DNA of 64,000 nt from an uncultured delta proteobacterium (GCA_963727445.1 CAVSGI010000020.1:128001-192000); one strand, 5' to 3'. Shown: positions 29,822 to 39,267, counted from the stretch's first letter. Numbers and translations are program-made. The notes: generated by a model from the letters alone, not told the origin.

Positions 29822-30821
29822 GTGCGCTCGTGGGCTGAGGCGCTGATGGTGCTCGCGCTGGTCGCGGGCTGTGGCCGCGTCGGCTTCGACGGCATGGGGA
29901 CGCGGGACGCTACGCCCCGGGATGGCAGCGTGACCGACACCGGCGTGGCGCCCAGCGACGGATTGATACCCGACGGAAACCCGAGGGGCGACGGAGGAGT
30001 CAGCGACGGGGGTTTGCTCGACGCCGAACTCGATGGGGGCTCGGTGGATGCGGGGCCGCCGCCGCGGGGGCCCTTCGGCCTGCCCAACCTGGTCGCCGGG
30101 ATTGAGAGCGTCGTCACTCAGGACGACCCGACGCTCAGCGCCGATGAGCTGCTCATCATCTATCAGAGCGGTCCCGATTCTCTGGGGCGCGGAGCGGGGC
30201 GGAGTGGCGGACCCCTTTGGGACGCCAACGCGCATCGACGAGCTCTCCAGCAGCTTCGGAGAGACGACACCGGAGCTCGCGCCCGACGGGCTGACGATTA
30301 CTTCTGTCGCGACGTCGGCGATGGAAACCAGATGGACGTCTACGTGAGCAGCCGCGGGTCTCGCACCGAGGTGTGGGGCGCCCCGACGAGGGTGGCCATG
30401 CTCTCGACAACGCTCCCCGAGGTGGCCGCCACACCCATCACCGGGCCGGACGATTCTGCTCTTCGTTCGCAACTTCACCGGCATGACGGTCGAAGACGTC
30501 TGGCGGGCCACTCGATCCCCGACTGACATCTGGACGACCAGTCCCCTCTCCGCGAGCATCAACACCGAAGTCGTCGACACGGCGCCCTTCGTCACGGCGA
30601 GCGGTCAGCTGTACGTGGCGACCACACGCGGCGCGCCGACCCGTGAGTTGTGGCGCGCCGACCTCGCTCCCGGGGGAGGCTGGATGGTCCCGACCCCCAT
30701 CACCGAGCTCAACGTCGCCGGCGCGAACGTCAGCGACGCGTGGGTCTCCCCCGATGAGCATCGCATCTACTTCGTGAGCGACGAGACCGGACGCGACCAG
30801 ATCTACGTGGCGGAGCGCTGA
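29822..30821 (+). pseudogene. PD40/TolB-like beta-propeller lipoprotein with at least three frameshifts
   Basis: AGCGRVGFD lipobox; DDPTLSADEL, TPELAPDGLTI, DVYVSSR and WVSPDEHRIYFVS lie in three different frames. Confidence 0.75.
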
Positions 30822-30908
30822 GTCTCGGGGCTGTCGAAGATGATGTGAATGCGTCGCGGTCATCCGCTCGACCTGTGGTGGGGGTGCACAGCGAGCCGCT
30901 CTACGACC

Positions 30909-31349
30909 TCACGCCGCCCGGTAGGGGCCGCCTGGCTTGCGGTGCTCGTCGAGCATCAGCGCGAGGCCGAGAAGGAGAGCAGCGGATTCGTCGTCGGCGA
31001 GGAGGATCCTTCGACCGTCGTCGAGGACCGCGCGGGCGCCGAGCGCGCCGTACTCGAGAGTGACGAAGTCCCTGGCATCGATGCTGATCGCTTGGTGGAG
31101 ACGGCGCAGGGTGATGCGACCGTTGACGGGACGCTCGGCGTGCCAGCGGAGGCGGTAGGGAAGCTGCTCGACTGCCAGTCGGAGAAGGAGCGTCGTACCG
31201 ACCAGGAGCCCGAAGGTGACGGGCGAATACAGGTCGAGCTCGAGCGGGAAGAGGAGGTGTGCCGCGGCGAACGGCACGAAGATCCCGAGCGCGACGAAGA
31301 AGTGCACGTCGGTGGGGAGGGGCTTGGGGTCGTCGGGGTTCGGGTTCAC
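30909..31349 (-). CDS. Small membrane protein (2 TM), translationally coupled to the upstream gene
   Basis: GTGA overlap at 31346-31349; two hydrophobic helices; ends KPGGPYRAA. Confidence 0.7.
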   Translation of the reverse strand: MNPNPDDPKPLPTDVHFFVALGIFVPFAAAHLLFPLELDLYSPVTFGLLVGTTLLLRLAVEQLPYRLRWHAERPVNGRITLRRLHQAISIDARDFVTLEYGALGARAVLDDGRRILLADDESAALLLGLALMLDEHRKPGGPYRAA

Positions 31350-32350
31350 AGGCCGATCTCCTGCGCCAGCTCGCGGCGATCCTCGATGTGAGCCTCGACG
31401 GCGTGGTGGATCGCGAGGCCCAGGACCAGGCCGCCCGTCTCGATAGCCGCCCCAGCGCTGGCGGTCGCCGCGAAATGATGCCCAACGGCGTGGGAGACCT
31501 CGTAGACCGACATGCCGGCGTCAGCGGCGACGACCCCTTGATGGGCGGCCTCACCGAGCGGCCGGACGCCTTCGATCGCGTCATCGAGGAGCGAGCCCTC
31601 CGGCGCGCGGCTCACCCCGAGACTGCAGAGCACGCGGCGCGTGGTCTCTGGGAAGTCGCTTGCCTCCCAGGTGTTGCCGATGAGGTGCTCGTGGAAGGTG
31701 CGGAGCGACTGCACCATCTGGTCGATTTCGCCTTCGAGGCGATCCGCGTCGCCGGGCTCACCGAAGACACCCAGCGACTGCGCGAGCCGATACTCGGGTG
31801 TGCCGGGCTCGGCACCACGCAGCGATTCGGTGATCGCCGCCGGGTCCATGGTGTCGATCTGGCGGATCAGGTCCTCGACGGCGAGCTTCGCTTCGTTTCG
31901 AACCATCTCGCGAAAGGCGGCCTTCACGCGATCGGCGGCGCGCCCGACGGCGCGCATGGTGGCGAAATAGTTTCCGCCGAGCCGATCGACCAGCCCGGTG
32001 TGGGCGCGCTCGAAGGCCGCGCCGATACGGCGCTGGAGCTCGTCGTCCGAGAGCCGACCGAGCGCGCCGAGGGTTCGTGTGTCGTTTTGGACGAGCTCGT
32101 CGAAGCGCGCGTGGTCGCCCTGGACGAGGGCGTCGATCGCTCGGTCCACGCTGCGGCGTCGCAGCGATTGGGTCGGGGACTCGCAGCGCTGGGGCCGCGT
32201 GCCCCGTGTGGATCGCGGGGCGTCGACTCCGTCGAGAAGCTCGAGCACCGGCGCCGCATGTGCAGCAGGGCCCGTTCCCATCGTGTCGGGCGGAGGCGGC
32301 CTGTGGGCGCCGGGGGTTCTGACGGGGCTGCTGCGAACGGGGTCGGTCAT
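31346..32350 (-). CDS. Hypothetical alpha-helical protein with disordered N-terminus
   Basis: Strong RBS GGAGGAACC-ATG; no signal peptide; Pro/Thr-rich start; Ala/Gly-rich hydrophobic C-terminal helices. Confidence 0.8.
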   Translation of the reverse strand: MTDPVRSSPVRTPGAHRPPPPDTMGTGPAAHAAPVLELLDGVDAPRSTRGTRPQRCESPTQSLRRRSVDRAIDALVQGDHARFDELVQNDTRTLGALGRLSDDELQRRIGAAFERAHTGLVDRLGGNYFATMRAVGRAADRVKAAFREMVRNEAKLAVEDLIRQIDTMDPAAITESLRGAEPGTPEYRLAQSLGVFGEPGDADRLEGEIDQMVQSLRTFHEHLIGNTWEASDFPETTRRVLCSLGVSRAPEGSLLDDAIEGVRPLGEAAHQGVVAADAGMSVYEVSHAVGHHFAATASAGAAIETGGLVLGLAIHHAVEAHIEDRRELAQEIGL

Positions 32351-32374
32351 GGTTCCTCCGAGTGAGATGTGTGC

Positions 32375-32401
32375 TTATCGGAGGAGGGTGGGGCGAGTTG
32401 C
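32375..32401 (-). promoter_or_regulatory. Sigma28 (FliA)-like promoter
   Basis: Minus strand GCAA-N15-TCCGATAA versus consensus TAAA-N15-GCCGATAA, about 25 nt upstream of the ATG at 32350. Confidence 0.5.
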
Positions 32402-32406
32402 GTGGT

Positions 32407-32537
32407 GTGAGATCCGTGAGATCCGAACCAGGTTGGCCAAACCGTCGCGCAGGGATGTGTGGTGAGATCCGAACCAGGTTGGCCAAACCGTCGCGCAGGG
32501 ATGTGAGATCCGAACCAGGTTGGCCAAACCGTCGCGC
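32407..32537 (+). repeat. Left repeat array of the RAYT-like element: three identical 35-bp units plus a partial unit
   Basis: GTGAGATCCGAACCAGGTTGGCCAAACCGTCGCGC at 32416, 32462 and 32503; partial GTGAGATCCG at 32407. Confidence 0.95.
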
Positions 32538-32676
32538 GGCCTCGCTTGATTGACGAATGATCTCGCAAGAGCGACCTGCGGTGGTGTTGTGGGCCGGGAG
32601 GTGGCGGCCGCCGGCGAAGTGGCGGCGGTTCCGCCGCGAAACGTCGCCAAGTCCCCGAAATCACGTCGCGGATATT

Positions 32677-32692
32677 GGGCACGGGCCTCGCT
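32677..32692 (+). promoter_or_regulatory. Sigma54-like -24/-12 promoter upstream of the transposase
   Basis: GGGCACG-GGCC-TCGCT with exact GG-N10-GC spacing. Confidence 0.45.
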
Positions 32693-32707
32693 TGTGCCTC
32701 GCACCCA

Positions 32708-33712
32708 GTGGGTCATCTTCGCCGTGATGTGCGTCCAGGCAAGGTGTACCTCGTCTCTCGACGATGTACGCGGCGCCACTTTCTGCTCACGCCGGACCTC
32801 GACGGCGTGGTGGCGCGCATCTTCTTCTACTTGCTGGGCTTCGCGGCGCTATTGACCGGCGTGCAGGTGTGCGCCGTCTGTGTGATGTCGTCGCACTTTC
32901 ACCTGGTGATCGTCGACCGCTGGGGACGACTGCCGGACTTCCTCTTCCACCTCGACCGCAACCTCGCGCTCGCGATGAAGGACTTCCGCGGCTGGCCCGC
33001 GGAAGTGTTCGACAAACAGCAGTGTTCGGCGGTCGAGCTCGTGAGCATGGAGGCGATTGTGGACAGGCTCGCCTACACGATCGGCAACGGCGCCAAGTCG
33101 TTCGCGGTGCGTTACGCGAAGGACTGGCCAGGGGCGGTGACGCGCCTCGACGAGCTCGGCGGCCGCACCATCCGCGCCGAGCACATGCCCTTTTGGTGTA
33201 GCGCTCCGGGACGAAGAGACCCCGAAACCAAGCAACGGCTCGAGCCGGCGGAACAATGGGTCGCCACCGAAGACGACCCGCCCAGGGTGGGTGGCGGCTG
33301 GCCGCACGCCGTCGAATACGACATGGGCCTGCCACAGGTGCTGCTCGACCAATTGCCTCGACAAGAGGTGATACGTCGGGTGGGCGCCGGAGTGAGGAAG
33401 CTCGAGCGCGAGGCGTGGGACGAGGCGAGCAAGCGCGGCATCTCGTTCATGGGGCCGAGGCGCGCACTTCGTCAGAAGCACACGCGGCGTGCGAACAGCT
33501 ACGAGACATTTGGCGCGCGCAATCCTCGCTTCGCGGCGAGTGGCGATCGAGACGAAGCGCGCGCGGCGGTCGCGCGAAACCGAGCGTTCGATGCGGAGTA
33601 CGGTCAGGCGTGGTCCCACTGGGGTTCTGGTGACCGGCGACGCGCCGTGTTTCCGTATGGCACCTGGAAGATGCGTGTGCAGCACAACGCTCGCTGCCGG
33701 CCACCTCCCTAG
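32708..33712 (+). CDS. REP-associated tyrosine transposase-like protein (Y1 HUH, IS200/IS605 superfamily) with long C-terminal extension
   Basis: PGKVYLVSRRC, CVMSSHFHLV (HUH), LAYTIGN (catalytic Tyr), DWPG; start at GTG 32708 or TTG 32675. Confidence 0.88.
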   Translation: MGHLRRDVRPGKVYLVSRRCTRRHFLLTPDLDGVVARIFFYLLGFAALLTGVQVCAVCVMSSHFHLVIVDRWGRLPDFLFHLDRNLALAMKDFRGWPAEVFDKQQCSAVELVSMEAIVDRLAYTIGNGAKSFAVRYAKDWPGAVTRLDELGGRTIRAEHMPFWCSAPGRRDPETKQRLEPAEQWVATEDDPPRVGGGWPHAVEYDMGLPQVLLDQLPRQEVIRRVGAGVRKLEREAWDEASKRGISFMGPRRALRQKHTRRANSYETFGARNPRFAASGDRDEARAAVARNRAFDAEYGQAWSHWGSGDRRRAVFPYGTWKMRVQHNARCRPPP

Positions 33713-33880
33713 ACGCCTCCACATGGCCGCTCGCGTGCTTGGGTCGTTCCCGGGCACGCATCGTTGCGTCCGGCGGGCGAGACGGGGTGCAATCATGCAG
33801 CCACAGGGGCATGCACGGGGCTGACCGGACGGAGGTTTCAGGGCATCAGGTGTCATGTGGGCGTCGTCGCGCGCCGTGCA

Positions 33881-34043
33881 CGACCTTCGCGTCCCGTCTG
33901 ACGTGCCTGCGCCCCAGTCAACCTGGTTCGGATCTCGCCCCGACCTTCGCGTCCCGTCTGACGTGCCTGCGCCCCAGTCAACCTGGTTCGGATCTCGCCC
34001 GGGTTCGGATCTCGCCCGGATTCTCGCCCCCCCGGATCTCGCC
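33881..34043 (-). repeat. Right repeat array: two identical 60-bp tandem units plus decayed CGGATCTCGCC cores
   Basis: 33881-33940 equals 33941-34000; each contains CAACCTGGTTCGGATCTCGC; partial cores near 34002, 34018 and 34033. Confidence 0.95.
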
Positions 34044-34168
34044 GAAGTGCGGCTCTCGCACAACCGTTGTGCAAGACTCGCCGAAGATGCCGAGATCTCT
34101 TCAATCGTGGGCGTTTTTGGGCCGGTCCGGTTATTGCGATGTCGTCCCTTCGGAAGCTGGAGGTCGAC

Positions 34169-36278
34169 ATGGAGCTGAAGATTCGGAAACTCGTCGTTGG
34201 TGCGTCGCTCATCGCCTGGGTGGTGGCAACCGGGGGGTGTCTACCACCAACCGACGAGGATCTCGGCGACATCACGCGCATGGGGGACGGCGACGGAGGC
34301 ATGGGGGGCGATTCCGACTTTCTCGATCCCTTCAATGATCCCGCCGACGACATGCTCGCGGAAGCGGAGCGGACCTTCGGCGGACGCGGCGGCGCGAACC
34401 TTGGCGCGCAGAACGTGGGAAGCGCCGCCACCAGCGCCAGCGCCACCGGCGTCGGCGCGGAGGCGGGGCCGGACGAGACCGGCGTCGAGCAGTGGCTCGC
34501 CGACCCGTGCGAGACCCTCACTCCCACGCACATGGGCACGGACGGTCGGGATGTCATTCATGGCACACCCCATCGTGACATCATCTTCACCGGCAAAGGG
34601 GATGACGAGATTCTGGGGCTATGGCGGCTCCGACATCATCTGCGCCGGCGGAGGCGAAGACGAGATCCACGGCGGGGATGGAAACGACTACATCGACGCG
34701 GGCTTCGGCCGCGACCGCGTCTTCGCGGGTCCTGGGAACGACACCGTCCATGGGCGGAGCGGCGGCGACACGATTCACGGCGATGAGGGCAACGACCTCC
34801 TCTTCGGCGATCTCCTCGACGACGACATCTACGGCGATGAAGGCAACGACATTCTCATCGGTGGTCACGGCAACGACCTCCTGCACGGCGGCAAGGATGA
34901 CGACTGGCTCCGCGGTGACACGAATCACGACGAATTCGTCGGTGGTCAGGGCAATGACACCGCGAGCTTCATGACCGCCACGCCGCCCGGGCAGTCTCTC
35001 GGCGACTTCAGCTTCGGCGACGGCGTGATCGTGATCGAGGACGACGTCTCCGCTGGCTTCGCGGCTGGGGACGGAAAGCCCGAATCGATGGCCGGCGTCG
35101 AGACGGTGATCGGCTCCGCCTTCGACGACTATCTGGAGGGTGACGTCGGGACGGCACGTCTGGTGGGCAGCTTCGGCAACGACTCCATCGCCGCGACGTC
35201 GGGGGCAGTCGCCGATGGCGGGCCGGGAGCCGACACGTGCTCCGGAGCGCCGTGCGACGACGTCGGCGAGCCCGCGGGACGTCCGGAGGGAGCGTTCGTA
35301 TTCCTGGCGACGGGCCCGACGGACCTCGGGCTCGTGATGCTCGGCAGCGACGCGGACGACACGTTCCTCGTCCGTATCACCGCGGGAGTCGCGCACGTCA
35401 GTGCGGCCCCGGGGACGACGCTCACCGCGGGACCCGGCTGCGCGATGGGCGCCTCACCGCATCTGGTGCGCTGCGTCCTCGGCGCACAGCTGCGCTACAT
35501 CGTCGGGTGGGGCGGCGCGGGTAACGACTACATCGACCTTCAGGGAAATGGTTTCCCGCGCGACATGGAGGCGACCCTCGACGGGGGCGATGGCGACGAC
35601 ACGCTGTCGGGCCACGGCGGTCAGGACATCATGTTCACGGGGGCGACCGGCAACGACAATCTGCTCGGCAACGACGGCGACGACGCGCTGCTGAGTCTCA
35701 GCACCGACAGGGACATCATGGATGGAGGTGGCGGCAACGATCAGCTCGTGAGCAACTACCCTTGCGGCGGCCACGTGTTCGGTGGGGGCAGCGGCCGCGA
35801 TGTCGGCGGATTCGCCCGCGTGGGGACCCACTTCGACACCCCCGAGGAGCGCCAGCGCCAGCGCATCCAAGCGCAGATCGGCTTCCGTGCCTTCCAGCCC
35901 GCGATCTGTTCGATGGACGAGGGCACACATCTCGCAAACGACATCGAGATTCTCGAAGGCGCGGGTGGAAACGACGAGCTGACGGGCAACGACGAGGACA
36001 ACACCATCTGGGGCTGGGGTGGCGATGACACCATCCGCGGCCTCGGCGGCAACGACACCATCGAAGGCCACGAGGGCGACGACCTGATCTACGGCGGCGC
36101 CGGCCGCGACCGACTCCGCGGCGGCGCAGGTGCGGACCGCTTGTGGGCGAGCGACGGTGAAGCCGACATCGAGCTCAACTGCGGTGCGAATGGTGGCACG
36201 CTCGAATCGAGGGACCCGTCGGACCCCGCCGCGGGATCGTGTCAGGGTGGCGTGGGTGGTGCGGAGCCTGCTCGCTGA
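34169..36278 (+). pseudogene. Hemolysin-type (RTX) Ca-binding repeat lipoprotein with a single frameshift near 34615
   Basis: TGGC lipobox; GGxGxD repeats run on across a frame change at the GGGG run 34615-34618; may be an intact gene with a homopolymer error. Confidence 0.8.
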
Positions 36279-36450
36279 GGCGCGTTGGCATCGATGGACC
36301 TCTGGCATACGGACCCGAGCGGCTGGCCCTGACGGGATCGACATTCATGGGGATGGGGTCGGCGCCGACCAGCATGGTTCGGTCCGATCCGAAAGGTGAG
36401 TGGCTTCGTATTGAACACATCCCCCCACCTCTCACCTGGAGGCCCTCCCC

Positions 36451-37332
36451 ATGGCCGTCTCGATCCGTGTGCTCCTCTCACTCGCAACCGTCACCGCCTG
36501 CGCCTGCGCCGCGGAGGTACCCCCACCGGGCGGACGAACCGAGGCGCTCGAGAGCGCCTGTATCGTTCGCGGCGACGTCGACGTCTTCGACCTCACCCTC
36601 GCCCTCAAGTACTTCAAGTGGAACGGCACCACTCATGACGCGGTGGGCATCAACCACGTGCTGAACGACATCGAGGATCTCGAGGCCAAGCTCGCGACCG
36701 AGACCGATCCGGACGCGATCGACAAGCTCGGGCGACGTATCGCCAACGGCCGGTACCTGCTCCGTTATCGATCGATGTTCCTGAACTCGTCGGGCAAGAT
36801 CGCCAAGCGCAAGGTCAAGAACCACGACCCGTCTGCGGTGGCGACCTGTGACGACGCGGGATGCGAGGCTGGCGCCGACGAAGACGCGCGCTTCATCCAC
36901 CACGCCTACCGCACATTCACCGGCCGCGATGCCACCCCCGCAGAGCTCGCGGCCGCCCTGGCGGTGCTCCCCGATCGCAGCGCTTCCGACTACGACGCCA
37001 CCGACGACTACCGTGACGAGCTCGCTGCATGGGTAGAGGCCACCTTCACCGCTGACGTGTGCGACTCGGATGGCGTCGTCGTCCTCGATCCGTCCTGGTA
37101 CTACGGGCGTCTCGCATGGCTCGCGTTGGGACACGGCGCCAGCGATCCGCTCTTCGACACGGTGGAGATCGACGGCGAGATCATCGTCCTGGGCGGCTCC
37201 TGCGAGTCCGAGATGAGCACCGCTTATGGGCGGACCTTCTTCAGCACCGAGTACATCGCGCCGGCCTCCGACTCCTACCGCTACAACCTCAACCCCGACG
37301 CCACGCCCTCGAGCTGCCCGCAGCCGCTCTGA
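36451..37332 (+). CDS. Hypothetical lipoprotein
   Basis: Signal peptide ending TACAC; RBS GGAGG; FIHHAYRTFTGRDATPAEL resembles a DUF4214-like helix. Confidence 0.75.
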   Translation: MAVSIRVLLSLATVTACACAAEVPPPGGRTEALESACIVRGDVDVFDLTLALKYFKWNGTTHDAVGINHVLNDIEDLEAKLATETDPDAIDKLGRRIANGRYLLRYRSMFLNSSGKIAKRKVKNHDPSAVATCDDAGCEAGADEDARFIHHAYRTFTGRDATPAELAAALAVLPDRSASDYDATDDYRDELAAWVEATFTADVCDSDGVVVLDPSWYYGRLAWLALGHGASDPLFDTVEIDGEIIVLGGSCESEMSTAYGRTFFSTEYIAPASDSYRYNLNPDATPSSCPQPL

Positions 37333-37380
37333 CGGGGAAAGGTTTCCGCTCGGAACGAGACCCCGTAGCATCGGACTCGG

Positions 37381-39267
37381 ATGGCACGCTTCCTCTCACT
37401 CATCGCCCTCTTCTCGTCGACGACGACTGTCGGCTGCTCCGACGACGGCGTGAGCGTCATCGTCGATTTGAAGACGGACCTGGTGCCTGGCGTGGAGTTT
37501 TCACGGGTGGAGACGGCGATCGTGGACGAGCCCGCGCTGGGCGCACCGGTGACCGTTCGCACCGCGCAGGAGCTCTCTGTGGAGCTGGCCCAGCCCTTCA
37601 TCGATGGCCGCCGCGTCGCGGAGTTCTCGGGCGTGCCGGAGGCGACGACCCTCCTGCGTGTTCGACTCTTCGACGCGCGCGGCCGCGAGACGACGGAACG
37701 CTTCACCCGTGTGGCGGTTGCCGGCGACACGGCCGTCACGGTGCTCCTCACCCGCAACTGCGTGGATGTCACCTGTCCCTCTGATGAAAGCGCGACGGGG
37801 CTTCAGGCGTGTCTCGACGGGGCATGCGTCGACGAGCGCTGCAGCCCGGAGACGCAGGAGTTCTGTCCCGACGCCGTCTGTAGCCCGGCGACGGTCGATA
37901 CCGATTGCCCGATGCGGGCCGACTGCGCCACCGCCACCTGCGACGATGGCGTGTGTCTCTACGGCTCGGCCGCGTCGGCGTGCGATAGCGACGAGTGGTG
38001 CAATCCCGAGGTCGGCTGTGAGTCGATCCCCGTCATCGGCGGCGACGCGGGGAACGACGGCGGCGTCGATGGCGGCGACGCCGAGATGGACACCGGACCT
38101 GCCGGTGAGTGCGACGAGCAACCCGCCGGCGCGGCGTGCGGCGCGAGCGGTCAGGTGTGCGACGGTCGTGGCGGGTGCCAAGACGTGCTGGCAGGCGTGC
38201 GGAGCATCGATGTCGGCTGGGAGCACGCGTGCGCGGTGATGAGCGACCGGCGCGTGGTGTGCTGGGGAAACAACGATCAGGGTCAGCTCGGTCCCAACAC
38301 CCTGGTGGTCCACAACCGCCCGGTCTACGTTCCGGGCGTCGCGGACGTCGAGCAGATCGCTACGGGGTGGTACTTCACCTGCGCGCGGCACGTCGATGGA
38401 ACGCTGAGCTGTTGGGGCGACAACGTCGAAGGCCAGCTGGGCGACGGAACGACCCGCAACGACCGACCGGCCGTCGAGCAGGTGGCCGGGATCGACGACG
38501 CGATCCTGGTGGACGCCGGCGCGAACATGACGTGCGTGATCCACGCGGGCGGTACCCTCTCCTGCTGGGGCTGGAATCGCGCAGGTCAGCTCGGCGACGG
38601 GAGCGGCATGTCGCAGTACACGCCAGCGGACGTCTCGCTCCCCACCACCGTCGTGGACGTCGACACCATCGGCGACGGTCACACCTGCGCGCTCGCCACC
38701 GACGGTCGCGTCTTCTGCTGGGGCGACAACGACTACGGACAACTGGGCACCGAGATGAGCCCCACCACGACGCCCACCGTGCCGGTGCTGGACGTCAGCG
38801 ACGCGGTGGCGATCGACACGACGGAGGACGGGACCTGTGCGACCCGCATGGGTGGTCAGGTGATGTGCTGGGGCCGCAACGCACTTTCGCGTTTCACCGC
38901 CGCGGGCCCCGAGCTGCAGACGAGGCCCACGGCGACGAGCTTCCCGATGGCTTCGGCGCTCCAGATGTCGCGGTCGATGACTTGCGTCACGCCGCTCGCG
39001 GGCGGAGCGCCCGTTTGCGTCGGGGAGGACGGTCGTCCGGGCGACGGCTCCGTTGGCGCCATGACCCCGGTCGCCGTGAGCTCCCCCGCGGCGGACTTCC
39101 GAGCGTTGGTCTTGGAAGGGAACAGCGGTTCGGGAACGGTCGCCTGCGGGATCCGAAGTGGGGACGACTCCGTGTACTGCTGGGGCGCCAACGGCGTGGG
39201 GCAGCTCGGCGATGGGACCCTCACTCAGCGCCTCCAGCCGGTTCCGGTGTTGCCGCCGACACCGTGA
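37381..39267 (+). CDS. RCC1-repeat lipoprotein with shared N-terminal domain and Cys-rich spacer
   Basis: VGC lipobox; VDLKTDLVPGVEF; RCC1 repeats CWGxNxxGQLG. Confidence 0.9.
   Translation: MARFLSLIALFSSTTTVGCSDDGVSVIVDLKTDLVPGVEFSRVETAIVDEPALGAPVTVRTAQELSVELAQPFIDGRRVAEFSGVPEATTLLRVRLFDARGRETTERFTRVAVAGDTAVTVLLTRNCVDVTCPSDESATGLQACLDGACVDERCSPETQEFCPDAVCSPATVDTDCPMRADCATATCDDGVCLYGSAASACDSDEWCNPEVGCESIPVIGGDAGNDGGVDGGDAEMDTGPAGECDEQPAGAACGASGQVCDGRGGCQDVLAGVRSIDVGWEHACAVMSDRRVVCWGNNDQGQLGPNTLVVHNRPVYVPGVADVEQIATGWYFTCARHVDGTLSCWGDNVEGQLGDGTTRNDRPAVEQVAGIDDAILVDAGANMTCVIHAGGTLSCWGWNRAGQLGDGSGMSQYTPADVSLPTTVVDVDTIGDGHTCALATDGRVFCWGDNDYGQLGTEMSPTTTPTVPVLDVSDAVAIDTTEDGTCATRMGGQVMCWGRNALSRFTAAGPELQTRPTATSFPMASALQMSRSMTCVTPLAGGAPVCVGEDGRPGDGSVGAMTPVAVSSPAADFRALVLEGNSGSGTVACGIRSGDDSVYCWGANGVGQLGDGTLTQRLQPVPVLPPTP

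Larger units (their letters stand above)
32407..34043 (+). mobile_element. REPtron-like locus: Y1 HUH transposase flanked by inverted repeat arrays
   Basis: Left units and reverse-complemented right units share GYGAGATCCGAACCAGGTTGRC and bracket the transposase gene. Confidence 0.75.

Noticed and set aside
32407..32537. Possible mini-CRISPR array
   Set aside because: Gaps between repeats are only 6-11 nt and nearly identical, there are no cas genes, and inverted copies across the transposase explain the repeats better.
32708..33880. IS605 element with TnpB/IscB and omegaRNA
   Set aside because: No RuvC, HNH or Zn-finger ORF lies next to the transposase.
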